Positions 1-13,363 of a stretch of DNA of 64,000 nt are shown one piece after another. Made by a program: the position numbers and the translations under genes. The notes below the pieces were generated by a model. It was not told the origin of the DNA, did not search any database, and was given only the letters and a program-made list of their open reading frames with translations. The stretch is from Octopus vulgaris (Eukaryota). The first letter of the stretch is position 1. Every line of letters begins with the position of its first letter. The stretch covers positions 3,410,001 through 3,474,000 of the forward strand of contig OX597835.1 of the NCBI GenBank assembly GCA_951406725.2, read 5' to 3'.

Positions 1-599
1 AGGTAGAAAAAGTACTGACAAATTTGCAAGTCAACTTAAATACATATTCTTCATTTGTTGACATGCACAGTGACAGACAGACAGACACAGAAACAGCAGC
101 AGCCACCACAGCTATCACTACTAAGATCATCATTTTTTAACGTCCATCTTTCATGCTAGCATGGGTTAGACAGTTTGTAAGGATCTGATGGATTTGAGGG
201 TTACACCATGCTCCGATGTCTCCTTGTTGTTGAAACAAATGAGAACCATGGAATACATATAATGTCACACACAGCATTCTTCACATATTGTTTATACTCT
301 GCAACAAGCAAACACAATAGATTTTCTGTTAATCTGAAACCTAAGTTTCCACAGGGGAAAATTTCCCATTATACACTTCAAGCTGCTGATCCTGTGAGTG
401 CTACTTGAGGTAAGAGCTTAGATTACCTCTAATCCCTCCTTGGTTTTATGTGTGTGTGTGTATGCCAGCAAGGGATTGCCAATAAATCAGTTTGTTCATA
501 AAGAATGAGTTTATAGTACGAGTTATGTCCCATTACAGAGTGGTAGTGACGGTGGACGTAGCCATTTGATAAATGGATATCTATAAAATGAGTACAGCA

Positions 600-2600
600 C
601 AAAAGTACTTTAATAACAATGAACTTATTGCACACAGTGCTCAGAAAAAGTAGTCAGAAGTGAATAAACAGGACATAGAATGTGCACAAGAATTGAACAG
701 TAAACGAAAAAGGATGAGGGACATCAGGTGATCAGGGGTAGTGTTGGCAAATATCAGGAAACGGGGAAGGTTTGAAGGTGTAGTGTCCTAACAGCTAACA
801 ATTGGTGTGGGTAGTTTATTCCATGCTTCAGCAATTCTGAGCGTGAAAGAATGTTTCTGAAGGACTTGGGTGTTGGGTTGTTTTTTGATTTTGTAAGCAT
901 GTCCATCAGTGTTAGACATAAGGAATTCAAAAAGGTGCCCAAGGTTGTTGTTGGAAAGATGGTGGATAATCTTGTCAGTGTCTACCGAGTCAGTTGCCAG
1001 ATGTCAGGACTTTAATGAGTCCATGCCCAGGGAATCAAGACGTAAGAGTATGGTAGACGCCTAACGGCAGGTATCTGTCTGGTTGCACGTTTCTGAACAG
1101 TTTCCAGAAGATTGATATGCTGAGCAAGATGGGGTTCCAGATTGGTGATGCAAACTCTAAGTGTGGATGAACCATAGTCATATACAGCTTATAGCTGGAG
1201 AATGGCTGACAAAAAGGTCTTACTGAGTAATGCTAAGACACTCTCAAGTCTCTTGACTATTTTAGAGATGTGGTTTGTCTAATGCAAATCACTGCTGACA
1301 ATAATATTCAGGTCAGGTTTGTTAGGAAACTTCTTGAGATTGGAACTGTTGAGGGAGTACGTAAAATCCGGGTTTTTCCTCCTGAAATTCCTGGAGGTGC
1401 ATTTGTCCACAGCCAGCTTCAGCTGCCAGTCAGTAATCCATTGCTGCATTGTGTTCAGGTCTGACTGCAGGAAATATCTAAAGCATATAGGATGTTCTTT
1501 TTATCTCAGAGTACAGCTTGATGTCATCTGCATAATTCCACACTTTAACGTTTTTGAAGTTGGCATCTGAGTCATTAACATGTGCAACAAACAACAAGGG
1601 TCCAAGAACGGATCCTTGTGGTACACCAGATGTCATCTTATAGGATAAAGAATGGTGTCCTAGAACCGTGACTACCTCTTTTCAACTGAGAATGAAGGAC
1701 TTCAACCAGTTATAAAAATCATCTTTCACACTCATTGCATAGAGTTTTGCTGAGTCGTTTGTGTGGCATAGAATTGAAGGCTTTAGTAAAGTCAAGTTAG
1801 ATAACATCCACCCATAAGCTGCTACTAATGATTTTGGTGATGTCTTCAAGAAACTAGATGAGTTGGCTACAGCAGCTGGAGACAGGCAAAAATCCAAATT
1901 GAGGGCTGAATAAGGCTGTGAGAGCTCCAGAAGTCCCAGAGTGTTTCTCTGACACCGGACTCCATCAGTCTGGTGATGCAGCTAGTAAGACTGATTGGAT
2001 GGTAGTCGACAGGTGAGGTGTGATCACCCTTTTTGAATATGAGAATGATGCTGGCAATTTTCCACTGGTCTCAGGTGACACATTTATTAAGGCAGAATTG
2101 AAAAAAGAATGAAAGCAGGTGTAAATGAAAGAACCCACCACGTTTGAGAAACAGATATGTCATCAAAACCAGGAGAGGCATAATTGCGCTTATTCCTGAG
2201 GTGGCGTCACAGTTGCAGTTGTAAATTTCACAAATGTTACAGAGGTGGTGAAGAAGCTACATTTGGATTTTCAACAGTAAAAATGCCAGCATAGTAGTCA
2301 GCAATAAGTTCTGTACATTCTTTGGGATCATCAGTAATCCGACTTGAGTGGGGATTGCAAAGAGGGCCAACTGGAAAGTGAGATCTCTGCTTCGAGAGTA
2401 CAATATTTCCAGAACACTTTGTTGTCAGGGCTGGTTGCTATATGTCGTTCAAATTCAAGCACGACCTTTTTTTTTGTTACCTGTTTGAGATGGTTAGATG
2501 ACCTATTGTGTCTGCTGCTATTCTCCTCTGTTCTATGTTGTCTGTATTCTTGTTCAGCATCACAATGCTCTTTCCTGGCAAGTTGGACTGCTGAAGTCTT
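600..2600 (-). mobile_element. Degenerate CR1/L2-type LINE remnant in GCLM intron 6
   Basis: - strand SGVPQGSVLGPLLF near 1590-1635 and many stops; 3' end near 610-800 resembles the LINE 3' fragments at 39245-39340 and 52320-52530. Confidence 0.75.
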
Positions 2601-2735
2601 CTAAATGGCACCTCTGAGATTTTTAAAACCAATTAACTAAGCTATCTAAAGGTAGGGGGGGGGTCCCAGCATAGCTGCAGCCCAAAGGTTGCAACAAGTA
2701 CAAGAATATAATAAAAAAAAAAGCAAGACGAATAC

Positions 2736-2850
2736 CTTTGGGGTCATTGTGGGTGAGTAACTGGATGTCTGTAGCCTTGGCATATTCAATCAACTCAGGA
2801 GGCATGGTACAGCAGCTGGCTAAGTTCACTTGGTTTATACAGGGTTTTAC
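2736..2850 (-). CDS. GCLM: GCLM coding exon 6 (115 bp)
   Basis: Acceptor ttctgttag|; [38 protein letters not shown]; donor AAG|GTATTC. Confidence 0.93.
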
Positions 2851-5800
2851 CTAACAGAAGTGAAATGGAAAAGAAACTCAAGTGAATGATACACACAAAC
2901 GCAAAATGTATACACATATTTACACATAATTTCACACATACCTACACATACATAAATTCACTGGCATGCATATTTACACACACACATTTACATATGCCTA
3001 ACACATTTACACAGGTTTATAGAAACACACACAGGCTTACATATATTTACACATACTTCTATACGTGTACACATACATAGACACTCACACACACACATTT
3101 GTACAAACCTACACACAGAAGCATACATATCTATACTTACCTATACACACCTACACATGCACGCACTCACACACCTACACACACCCACAACTTACATGGT
3201 TCCACTCCCCCAACAAACACATCTACAAAGAGCCACTAAATAGCTCCTACATCGTGTCTTTTCCTTCTTTTTTACAATGCTAGTGTAAGGGGTTGAAGAA
3301 GATTTGGCTGTTATTTCTAGCAGTATGCAATACAGAAGGTGACATCTGTTGGTTATGCAAAGATGCGAGGAGGAGGAGGAGGAAGAGGAAACACTGAGTC
3401 CTCTTTCTCCTCGTCCTCCTTCTAAACACTTCATTAACACTCTGCTTTGTGAATGAATTTAGTGTTTTTTACCAGTTGACTTTTATTCTACTACGATGTT
3501 GATTTCACAAGAAGTTGGTGCAGAGGGCAGTAAAAAGAAAACGGGTCAAATATTAGGACCAATATTGGGACCAAATATTGGGACCAAACATTGGGACCAA
3601 ATATTGGGACCAAATATTGGGACCAATATTGGGACCAAATATTGGGACCAATATTGGGACCAAATATTGGGACCAAATATTGGGACCAAACATTGGGACC
3701 AAACATTGGGACCAAATATTGCATACCAGTCAAATATTGGGACCACTGAGTCGTGCCTGGCCAATTAAAACGTTAACAAGTTTTGTTCATGTTCGAACAC
3801 TAACCTTTGCCCAATCATATAATTCTTCCAACAGATCTCGGTCCAAGTCGGAGACTCCAGCATTAAGTAAGAGATCGTCATCGTGTAAGTCTTGCAGGAC
3901 TTCCCAGTAAGGTTGCAAGTGCTTTAATCTTAGTTCATCTTCATCTTCATCTTCACCAAACTCAGCATGCCACGATAGCAAAACAGTTTCTATGTATTCC
4001 ACATCAAGTTCACTGAGAACTGGAATCATAAAGTACAGAAAACAACATTTTGTTTACTGATATATATACGTATATATATATATGTGGATATATTCTTTAT
4101 ATTCTACAATACAAATCTAGTCTAATAGCAGCCAATTCATAAAGCCGAACGGTTTCATGCTGAAGAACGTTCCAAAGGTGGAAAGATAAATTAACAATCA
4201 TCAAGAATAGTTAATGGGAAACCATCATCATCATCATCATCATCATCATTTAGCATCCGCTTTCCATACTAGCATGGGTTGGACGGTTCAACTGGGGTCT
4301 GGGAAGCCAGAAGGCTGCACCAGGCTCCAGTCTGATCTGGCAGTGCTTCTACAGCTGGATGCCCTTCCTAACGCCAACCACTCCGTGAGTGTAGTGGGTG
4401 CTTTTTACGTGCCACCCGCACAGGTGTCAGACGGAGCTGGCAAACGGTCACGAACGGATGGTGCTTTTTACGTGCCATCCATATAAATTATAAATTGACT
4501 GTTATGAGACTATAAGACAAAATAAAATACACATATATATTTATGATATAAATCACACACATACACAGAGTTTAAAGATCCAATAGAGACAGAATCAACA
4601 AAAAAGAACTCCATCCGGTGAGCGATAAATAACAATTTAAATACACAAACGAAAAAGCTACCAATAGTTTCAAGATATGCCTTGTATCTAAAAGCAAACT
4701 TTCAGACCCTGTTTATGCATCTTTATACATCATCATCATCATCATCATCGTTTAACGTCCGTTCTCCATGCTAGCATGGGTTGGACGGTTCGACCGGGGA
4801 TCTGGGAAGCCAGAAGGCTGCGCCAGGCCCAGTCAGATTTGGCAGTGTTTCTACGGCTGGATGCCCTTCCTAACGCCAACCACTCCGTGAGTGTAGTGGG
4901 TGCTTTTTACGTGCCACCTGCACAGGTGCCAGGCGAGGCTGGCAACGGCCACGGTCGGATTGGTGTATTTTACGTGCCACCGGCACGGAGGCCAGTCGAG
5001 GCGGCGCTGGCACTGGCCACGAGTCGGATAGTGCTTTTTACGTACCACCAGACCAGGGATCCTGGCTGGTTCAATTCGATTTCGATTGCCCCATGTTTTA
5101 AAAACAAGCATGCTGGGCAGTAAGAAAATAAGAAAAACACATGTAGAAGGTTGGTGCAAAAAATGGAACGGGGGAAAAAAGACAAAGAAACGAAATGAAG
5201 AAAACTATGATCTTCGTCATCTCTGACACATGCAAGAAAGGAAAAGTGGGCATTAAAACAATGGTGCTGATGGTGCTGATGAGGATAAATAGAATAAAAA
5301 CGAACATGTACCTTTCTCAACTGCATCTCTGACAATTGTCGCAGGTTGATTGTTGTATAAAAATATTTTCACTGCAAAACAAAATAAACTTCTGTATTTA
5401 CCGATTATTTGTGTGTACGCGTGTGTGTGTGTGTGTGTGTATGTACGTACATACGTATGTATGTGTGTGTCATTGTGTTTGTTTACCCATCACCAATTGA
5501 CAACTGGTGTTGGTGCATTTACATCCCTGTAACTTAGTGGTTCAGCAAACAGGATAAATACTAGGCTATAAAAAAACAATTCCTGGGGTTGATTTGTTTG
5601 CCTAAAACCCTTCAAGGTGGTGCTCCAGCTTGGTCACAGTCATATGACTGAAACAAGTAAAAGAATAGAGGAATAATACACAAAATATTTTCACAAATTT
5701 TTCTTGTATACAATTCCTAATAATAAGTAACTATAAAAATAGGATTTTTTAAACATTGAAAGGCTATGAGGGTCCACCCAAGTAAACTAGGAATCAAAGA

Positions 5801-6649
5801 GGTCTATGGGTAAAAGATGGCTGAGAACGAATGGTTTCAATCGCCATTGCACCAGCATGGGCTGCAAACAAAAAATTATTTATAATTTATAAAAAACAGA
5901 ATTTTCAATCAGTTTTGGCTGCTTGCAACTGGAAGAAACGTTACCTGTTAATTAACATACCTGTTAATTTCAGTTCTGATCGTTCTTCCTTTGGTAAAGA
6001 TTCTTTCAATTCAGAATGGATGCAGTTGAGTTTTGGAATGTTCTAGAATGGAGACAAAACAATCACTTTATGCTGTTATTATGAATTGAAAGCTTATGAA
6101 ATTTAATAAATATTAAAAAGAGGCAGAAAAAAGAACCCCAACAGCCTGTCTATGATAAATATTCTTTATAACACAATAAAATTACTTTTAGCAATAACAT
6201 TTTTCCCACCTCAAAACAAGTTTCCTGATTCCTCAGGTTCTTTAGAAGAGAAAAATGTTTGGAGCACTATTTTAACATCATCTCGGAGTGGTTGGTATTA
6301 GGAAGGGCATCCAGCTGTAGAAACTCTGCCAGATCAAGATTGGAGCCTGGTACAGCCATCTGGTTCGCCAGACCTCAGTTGAAATCGTCCAACCCATGCT
6401 AGCATGGAAAGTGGACGTTAAATGATGACGATGATGATGATCTCCACTTCTCAATGTTTTCCCACTTGTAAAATGTTCAAGTTTATCTGAATAAGTGAGT
6501 GGCTGTGTGGTAAGTAGCTTGCTTACCAACCACATGGTTCTGGGTTCAGTCCCACTGTGTGGCACCTTGGGCAAGTGTCTTCAACTATAGCCTCGGGCTG
6601 ACCAGAGCCTTGTGAGTGGATTCAGTAGGCGGAAACTCAAAGAAGCCCG

Positions 6650-6695
<46 letters not shown>

Positions 6696-9436
6696 GTGTC
6701 TGTTTGTCCCCCCCAACATCGCTTCACAACTGATGTTGGTGTTTACGCCCCTGTGACTTAGCGGTTCGGCAAAAGAGACTGATAGAATAAGAACTACGCT
6801 TGCAAAGAATAAGTCCTGGGGGTGATTTGCTCGACTAAAGGTGGTGCTCCAGCATGGCCACAGTCAAATGACTGAAACAAGTAAAAGAGTAAAGAGTATC
6901 TGATGGTGCTAGGTCTGGTGAGTAGGGCGGGTGAAGAAGAGTTTCCCAGTCTAAAGAATGTCACAGCAATTCGTAGTTCTTTGGATTAACAGGCTTACAG
7001 TCTTCTCCGCTGCTCACTGATGTGAGTAGAGGTGCATAAGAAGAGAATTGTGTCTCTGTTACGAAATAGTAGCCAGAAAGAGGAAAGTTAATATACTGCA
7101 GCTTTTGATAGTAGTTTACCTGCAAAGCGTCCGTTTGTGATGACTCAAGGAATGATGATAATGTTCCCTTCACACTTTCAATGAACTGAAGAAGACAAAA
7201 CGGAAAAAAAAGAAAAAAATCAATATCAACATCATTGTGATTACATAACAACAACAACAACAACAACAACGAATCTCCGGTTAACAAAATATTTTCAGTC
7301 TACATCACAATATTGTATACTATATGTTAGTTAGTTAGTTAGTTAATTTGGCTCAAAAGCAAATAGCAAGGCCATGTAGGGGGGCATGGAGTTAAGTACA
7401 GGGTGGTGTTCATGTAAAGAGTTCAGGCCACTTGAACAAAGCGGTCGTCGGCGTCTTCACCATCTCATCTGGCAGCTTGTTCCACGGATCCACAACCCGG
7501 ACGGAGAAAGCTCCTCTCCTTCAAATGAGATGAAATCATCGCAGGTAGAGCTTTTCGGAATGATAGAGGACATGTAACAATATCAAAAAAAAAGCAAACA
7601 AATTTGTGGACCAAATTCCCAGCAGCTCCAAAATAAGAGAATTGCAAAAAAAAAAAAATCTTTCTAACAGGTGCCTCATAATATTTTACATAAATTCCTC
7701 TCCAGGTAAATACAATCTTACTCATTCAGTTGTATTATAAATTTTATAGAATGATTTTGTTTCTCTTAATAACACACAAATGTCAATTTTATCAGTTGCA
7801 TGGTGTCACACCTGTTTGTATCTTTAGGTGTAAAATCCTGTCCCTTGGTGTCCCTGATTGAGACTTGGGTGCAGCTTGTATAAATTAAAGCAAAAGCAGA
7901 ACATGATTATAATAAGCAAACTTTAGGTTAATTAAAATATGTTTGTGACATATTTCAACTTCTAAAGGCAAATTCACTTATGGCAAAAATGTGTAAAAAC
8001 ACTATATCTGTCCAGCGCTGTCCCCTGTTAGATTCTCAGATGTGTTTCTAGCCCTTTAGCCATTATCAATGGGAAATTTCGAAGAGAGACAACTCTGGAC
8101 AGACTTACAGCTGTAGCTTTAACTAAAACACAGTCATCAACATTGACTAAGTTGTGCCATTAGACTACTAAGTCATAGAAAATTACTACAGTATCAGTAC
8201 CAAGCAGTTTTTAGGCATAAGCTAAAGTTTGTGACTTCAACTAATCTAAAGTTCACTCATGCCTAAACACTGCTCGGCACTGATGCACAATAATAATAAT
8301 AATAATAACAATAAGCTTGGAATTTAAAGAATACAAAAGAAGCACAACTGGTGCAAGTAAGAAGGCAAGTGTGTGTTACATAAACATTGCAAAGGAAGCA
8401 CTGTTTGTGCTGGTTAGGAAGGCAGGTGCTTGATATATAAACAACAGAAAGGAAGCACTACTTGTGCAAGTAAGAAGGAAGGCAGGTCTGTTACGTACAG
8501 AAAGCATTCAGGATCAGATGAATTACAAACGAAAGGCAGAAGCAAAGAGGGAAAAACAATTGGATGGAGAAGAAGATGCATGGTTAGTTCTGGAGAGAGA
8601 AATACAAAGTGACACAGATCCAGATAAAAGATGGATGTGGTTACAAAAAGAGACTTGAAACAGGGAGCCAGGGGCCTAGAGATACAGTATTTAGGACAGG
8701 AACAAAGGCATATTTAATAGAGCCTAGATATTATGCATTTTAGGAACAAGGCAAAGATGACTTTGGTTTGATTTGAACTCAGAACCTAAGGACTCGAAAG
8801 AAATACGACAAGGCATTTTTTTCTGTTGCTCTAACAATTCTGCCAATCCGCCATCCTTCTGTATTATTGTTACAGTAGCTCTGTATAAGGGATAGCTTAC
8901 AAGAAATTGTGGGGATTTACACAAAAATCAAATGAAATAAGAATAGCATACATGATAAAGAATATAATATTGAATATATGGTAAAGTTTCCAAGAGGAGG
9001 ACCACCATTTATGGCCAATTAGATCCAGGATTATTCTGATTACCAATACTGAGTGCCTCCCACCCAAATACATTCCCTAGCCTACCAGTAATTAGCAAGG
9101 CCATACTTTGCAGGCACCAAACTTTTTGGATCACCCTTTGCCTTTTTAAAATCCCGCATTTGAAGCCGAATGAAACTTTCCTCTCCTTGGGGAAGAAATA
9201 GGTTACTGTTCCCTTTCCTTTTTCTCGTTAATGTACTCTTCAAACGAAGAGGCATGGGCCCCTTATGGCATACCTAACCCGTGTCTTTTTTTTCCTTCTG
9301 TAATATCCTTGTTAGGTTCGGCTGTTGCCAACAACACAAACCCAAAATTGTTATTGTTGCTCACATTAATTTTACGGCTGCTTTTGCCAATATCAGCACG
9401 AATAATGGTAGTGTTGTTGTTTACATTAATTCTATT

Positions 9437-9516
<80 letters not shown>

Positions 9517-9611
9517 TAATTATCATTGTTTTCTATAATTACCATTTTTATTGTAATTGTTAAAAATGTTTATGAAGGCATACTACAATCAAAACCACAC
9601 ATCCACACCTC

Positions 9612-9670
<59 letters not shown>

Positions 9671-12091
9671 GCAGCTACATACTTCAGACAGTACTATAAT
9701 TTCTAAAGCACAGAACTGACAGTAAGATTCAAACAGGTCTGACTGGTAGTAAATACAAAATAATAATAATAATAATAATAATAATACCAATGGCAGTTTC
9801 TATGTTTTACTATTATAAATTTTCCCATGGAGCAATGGCAGCGAACTGCGTGCACCAGATGATTTTAATTGTGTCATGACTCACTTCCGGGTTGCAAGAT
9901 TTTCAGTTGAGTTAGAAAATGTCTGGTTATTTAGAAAACTGCTTTTAATGAACAGCACCAGGTTAGATACATTTTTTTTTTCTTTTTGTAGGGAAGTACA
10001 ATGTCTTGGCATCCATCTCTGGTTTTAAAACAATTCTGAAACTTTTATTTATGATTTTACATGACCTTTTATTATAATTACTAGCATTATGACCTGGCAA
10101 CGCTGGGTCATAGTGCTAGTGCATGCATATACAGCTGCGTGCGCGCGCACATACACGCGAGTACTGTCCAAATTTCCGACCAATTACATACAGCTAGCTG
10201 GCATTCAATTGGCATATCAAGTTTTGGGCATTTTGATTGGGTTTTGGATAGAAAATTCACAAAAAGGTCACTTTTATAGATTTTTTTAATGGCTTTGCAA
10301 GGGTGACTAAGGAAATGTAAAGATGTGCACGACCACCCTCGGACGGTTTTAAATGACCATAGAAAGTGTGAGCCCTCTAACTGAAAAATTGTGGATTTGT
10401 ATAAAGGATACACACACACAGACAGACATTTTGCCATTTATATATAGAGAGATTACAAGAACATAGATGTTATTGTGTAAGCTTAAAAATCCCCTTCAAA
10501 AATTCCATACAACTACCCGTGTACCTACACACCCTTTCCTCTTAATAGTTCTTTTATTGTTCATTTTACTGTCCTTTTGCTTTTTGTCCTGTGAACTATT
10601 GAACTATACATGCACTTTTGGCCATCACTGCTGTCTTTCTTTACTCGACTTATTGTTGCTTTCTATCCCTGCTTTTTGCAGGAATGAAAGGCAAAGTTGA
10701 CCTTGGCGGAATTTGAATTTAGAACACAGCGACAGGTGAAATACTGCCAAGTATTCTGCCCAGCATGCTAATGATGCTGCCAGCTGAAAAGTTCATAGGC
10801 TGACCGTGAAAAGTTCATAGGTAATGATCAAACTAGACCAAAAGTGTTTTATTTTCCAACATAGTCTAACCTTTGGTCCATGCACTTCTTCCGTCAGTGT
10901 TGCAGTGTTTGGATTCCCATGGCATAGAAGCTCTCGCCCTGGCCCTCAAAAAAGTCCTCAACAGCAGCTATGACATCATCATCAGTTAGATAATGTAATT
11001 GACTATCCCCCCACCCCACCCCACCCAAATTTCAGGCATTGTGCCTATCGTAGAAAAAACTATTATCCACGAGTAACCTTTCGAAGCGCCTCCCCCTATT
11101 GGGAGATTTTACTTGTTATATTTTCGTTGTTATCTTGCATTTTTACAGACTTCTCAAATGGACAAAACCCTTTTTCTAACTTTTGTCCCGTATTTTGTCC
11201 TTACATGTTTTATTTGATTTTTGTTAGCCCTTGTGGCCAATAAATGAGAATTAATTAATTATTATTATTATTATTATTATTAGGTCAAGTTGAAATATTA
11301 ACCTGATTGAAACATTGGTATGAAGAGACAGGGAGGGGCATTTAGAAAGAGCCCCCCCCCCCCTAAAGCACTGAGCCAGTCACAGACTTCAGCACAGTTG
11401 TATTCCTGAAGCCGTACCTTCATTGCTCCTGTTTGTCAGTGTTCTACCTGTGTAGGTGTCAAGTGTTCTTACCTGTGACGAGTATAAAACATCAACATAG
11501 GCATCATAAAAATCATATCCAGTCATCATGGAAGTTCATTGTTTGAAAGACGAGGAGACGAGGGTAAGTCAGTGAATATATATAGAAAGTGCATTTTGCA
11601 GGAACCCAGTTTCCTAACATATGGGGGGGGGGGGGGTCGGAGAAGGGGTCAGCAGCCTGTCAGCACTTTGTGTGTCACAAAACGAGGGGGCATTGACAAC
11701 TTCCCTCATATTCTGCTCTTTAGTCTTTTCTGTTCTTATCTCTTCCTTCCATCCCCAACCCACCACTATCCTCTTCCGGCTTCTCCACCAACTCCCTCCC
11801 TCCCTCCCTCCCCCTTCTCTCTCTCTCTCTCCTTCTCTTTCTCTTTTCGCACTGTTTCAGTTTTATCACAAATTATAATTGATTCAAACTGTTGATTCCA
11901 TTGTTTTGCCAACAACATAGGGGGCAAAAACGAGGTCATGGCTGTGTGGCTTATTTCCACATGTCCTTCCCTTCACTTAGTTGTTTGCTTCAGTTCTCAA
12001 AACTTTTCAAAACTGGTTCACTTTAAACTCTTTCTTTTTCAATTAAATTTCCATTTAATTTTCAGTTTCTGTTTGTACATTGCATGATTAT

Positions 12092-12133
<42 letters not shown>

Positions 12134-12218
12134 CATACATAGATATAGACACACACACACATATATATATATACATATATATATATAAACATATACGTAC
12201 ATATATATATATATACAT

Positions 12219-12263
<45 letters not shown>

Positions 12264-12292
12264 TATTTATATACATATATATATATATACAG

Positions 12293-12323
<31 letters not shown>

Positions 12324-12438
12324 CATACACACACATATATATATATATACATACACACACATATATATATATATACATACACATACACACATATATATAT
12401 ATACACACATATATATATATACATGTACATAATGTACA

Positions 12439-12475
<37 letters not shown>

Positions 12476-12480
12476 CATGA

Positions 12481-12517
<37 letters not shown>

Positions 12518-13332
12518 CATGAACGACTGTGTGTGTACCGTTGGCGACTTTTTTCCCTCCGTCTTCCCTTCTCTGGATCTTTCATTTTCCTATGCTTCTG
12601 ACGGAGAGCTCCGCTCAAAACGTAAAACCCTCCTTCTTCCCTTCCTTCCTGAGCATCCAATAATATTATATTTGTTCCACGTCCTCGCGTTGTTGTGTTT
12701 TCTCTTTGTGTTTTCATGTATGGATTAACTTTATATATATACATACATATATACATACATTTAGGATCAGAATTGAAATCGATCAATGGAAATTGCAGAT
12801 GTGTTACCAGTGCCGGTGGCATGTAAGAGAACCTTCCGTTTCGCGACCGTTGCCAGCGCCGCCCCGAATGGCCTCGTGCCGGTGGCACGTAAAAAGCACC
12901 ATCCATTCGTGGCCGTTTGCCAGCTCTGTCTGGCACCTGTGCGGGTGGCACGTAAAAAGCACCCACTACACTCACGGAGTGGTTGGCGTTAGGAAAGGCA
13001 TCCAGCCGTAGAAACACTCCCAGATTTGACTGGGCCTGATGAAGCCTTCTGGCTTCACAGACCCCAGTAGAACCGTCCAACCCATGCTAGCATGGAAAAC
13101 AGACGCTAAACGATGATGATGATGATGATGATGATTTACAAATATATATATACATAAATATATATATATACATACATATATATACATATATATATACATA
13201 GATATATATATACATACATGCATACATATATACATACATACATATATATATATACATACATATATATACATATATATATACATAGATATATATATACATA
13301 CATGCATACATATATACATACATACATATATA

Positions 13333-13363
<31 letters not shown>

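Noticed and set aside
1-2735. Search for the final GCLM exon (W..RY..VK.RGII..KGY type)
   Set aside because: Not found by eye; the region is a LINE remnant, so the exon is presumably left of the window.
3491-3910. [13 protein letters not shown] repeat ORFs
   Set aside because: They are translations of an intronic 12-13-bp minisatellite.
4214-5159. Recurrent [21 protein letters not shown] ORFs throughout the window
   Set aside because: They are reading frames through copies of one SINE family; the His runs come from the (CAT)n tail.
5941-5960. Duplicated donor (AACAG|GTAACG) 16 nt downstream of the GCLM exon 3 donor
   Set aside because: Its use would add an in-frame stop; there is no evidence beyond a short local duplication.
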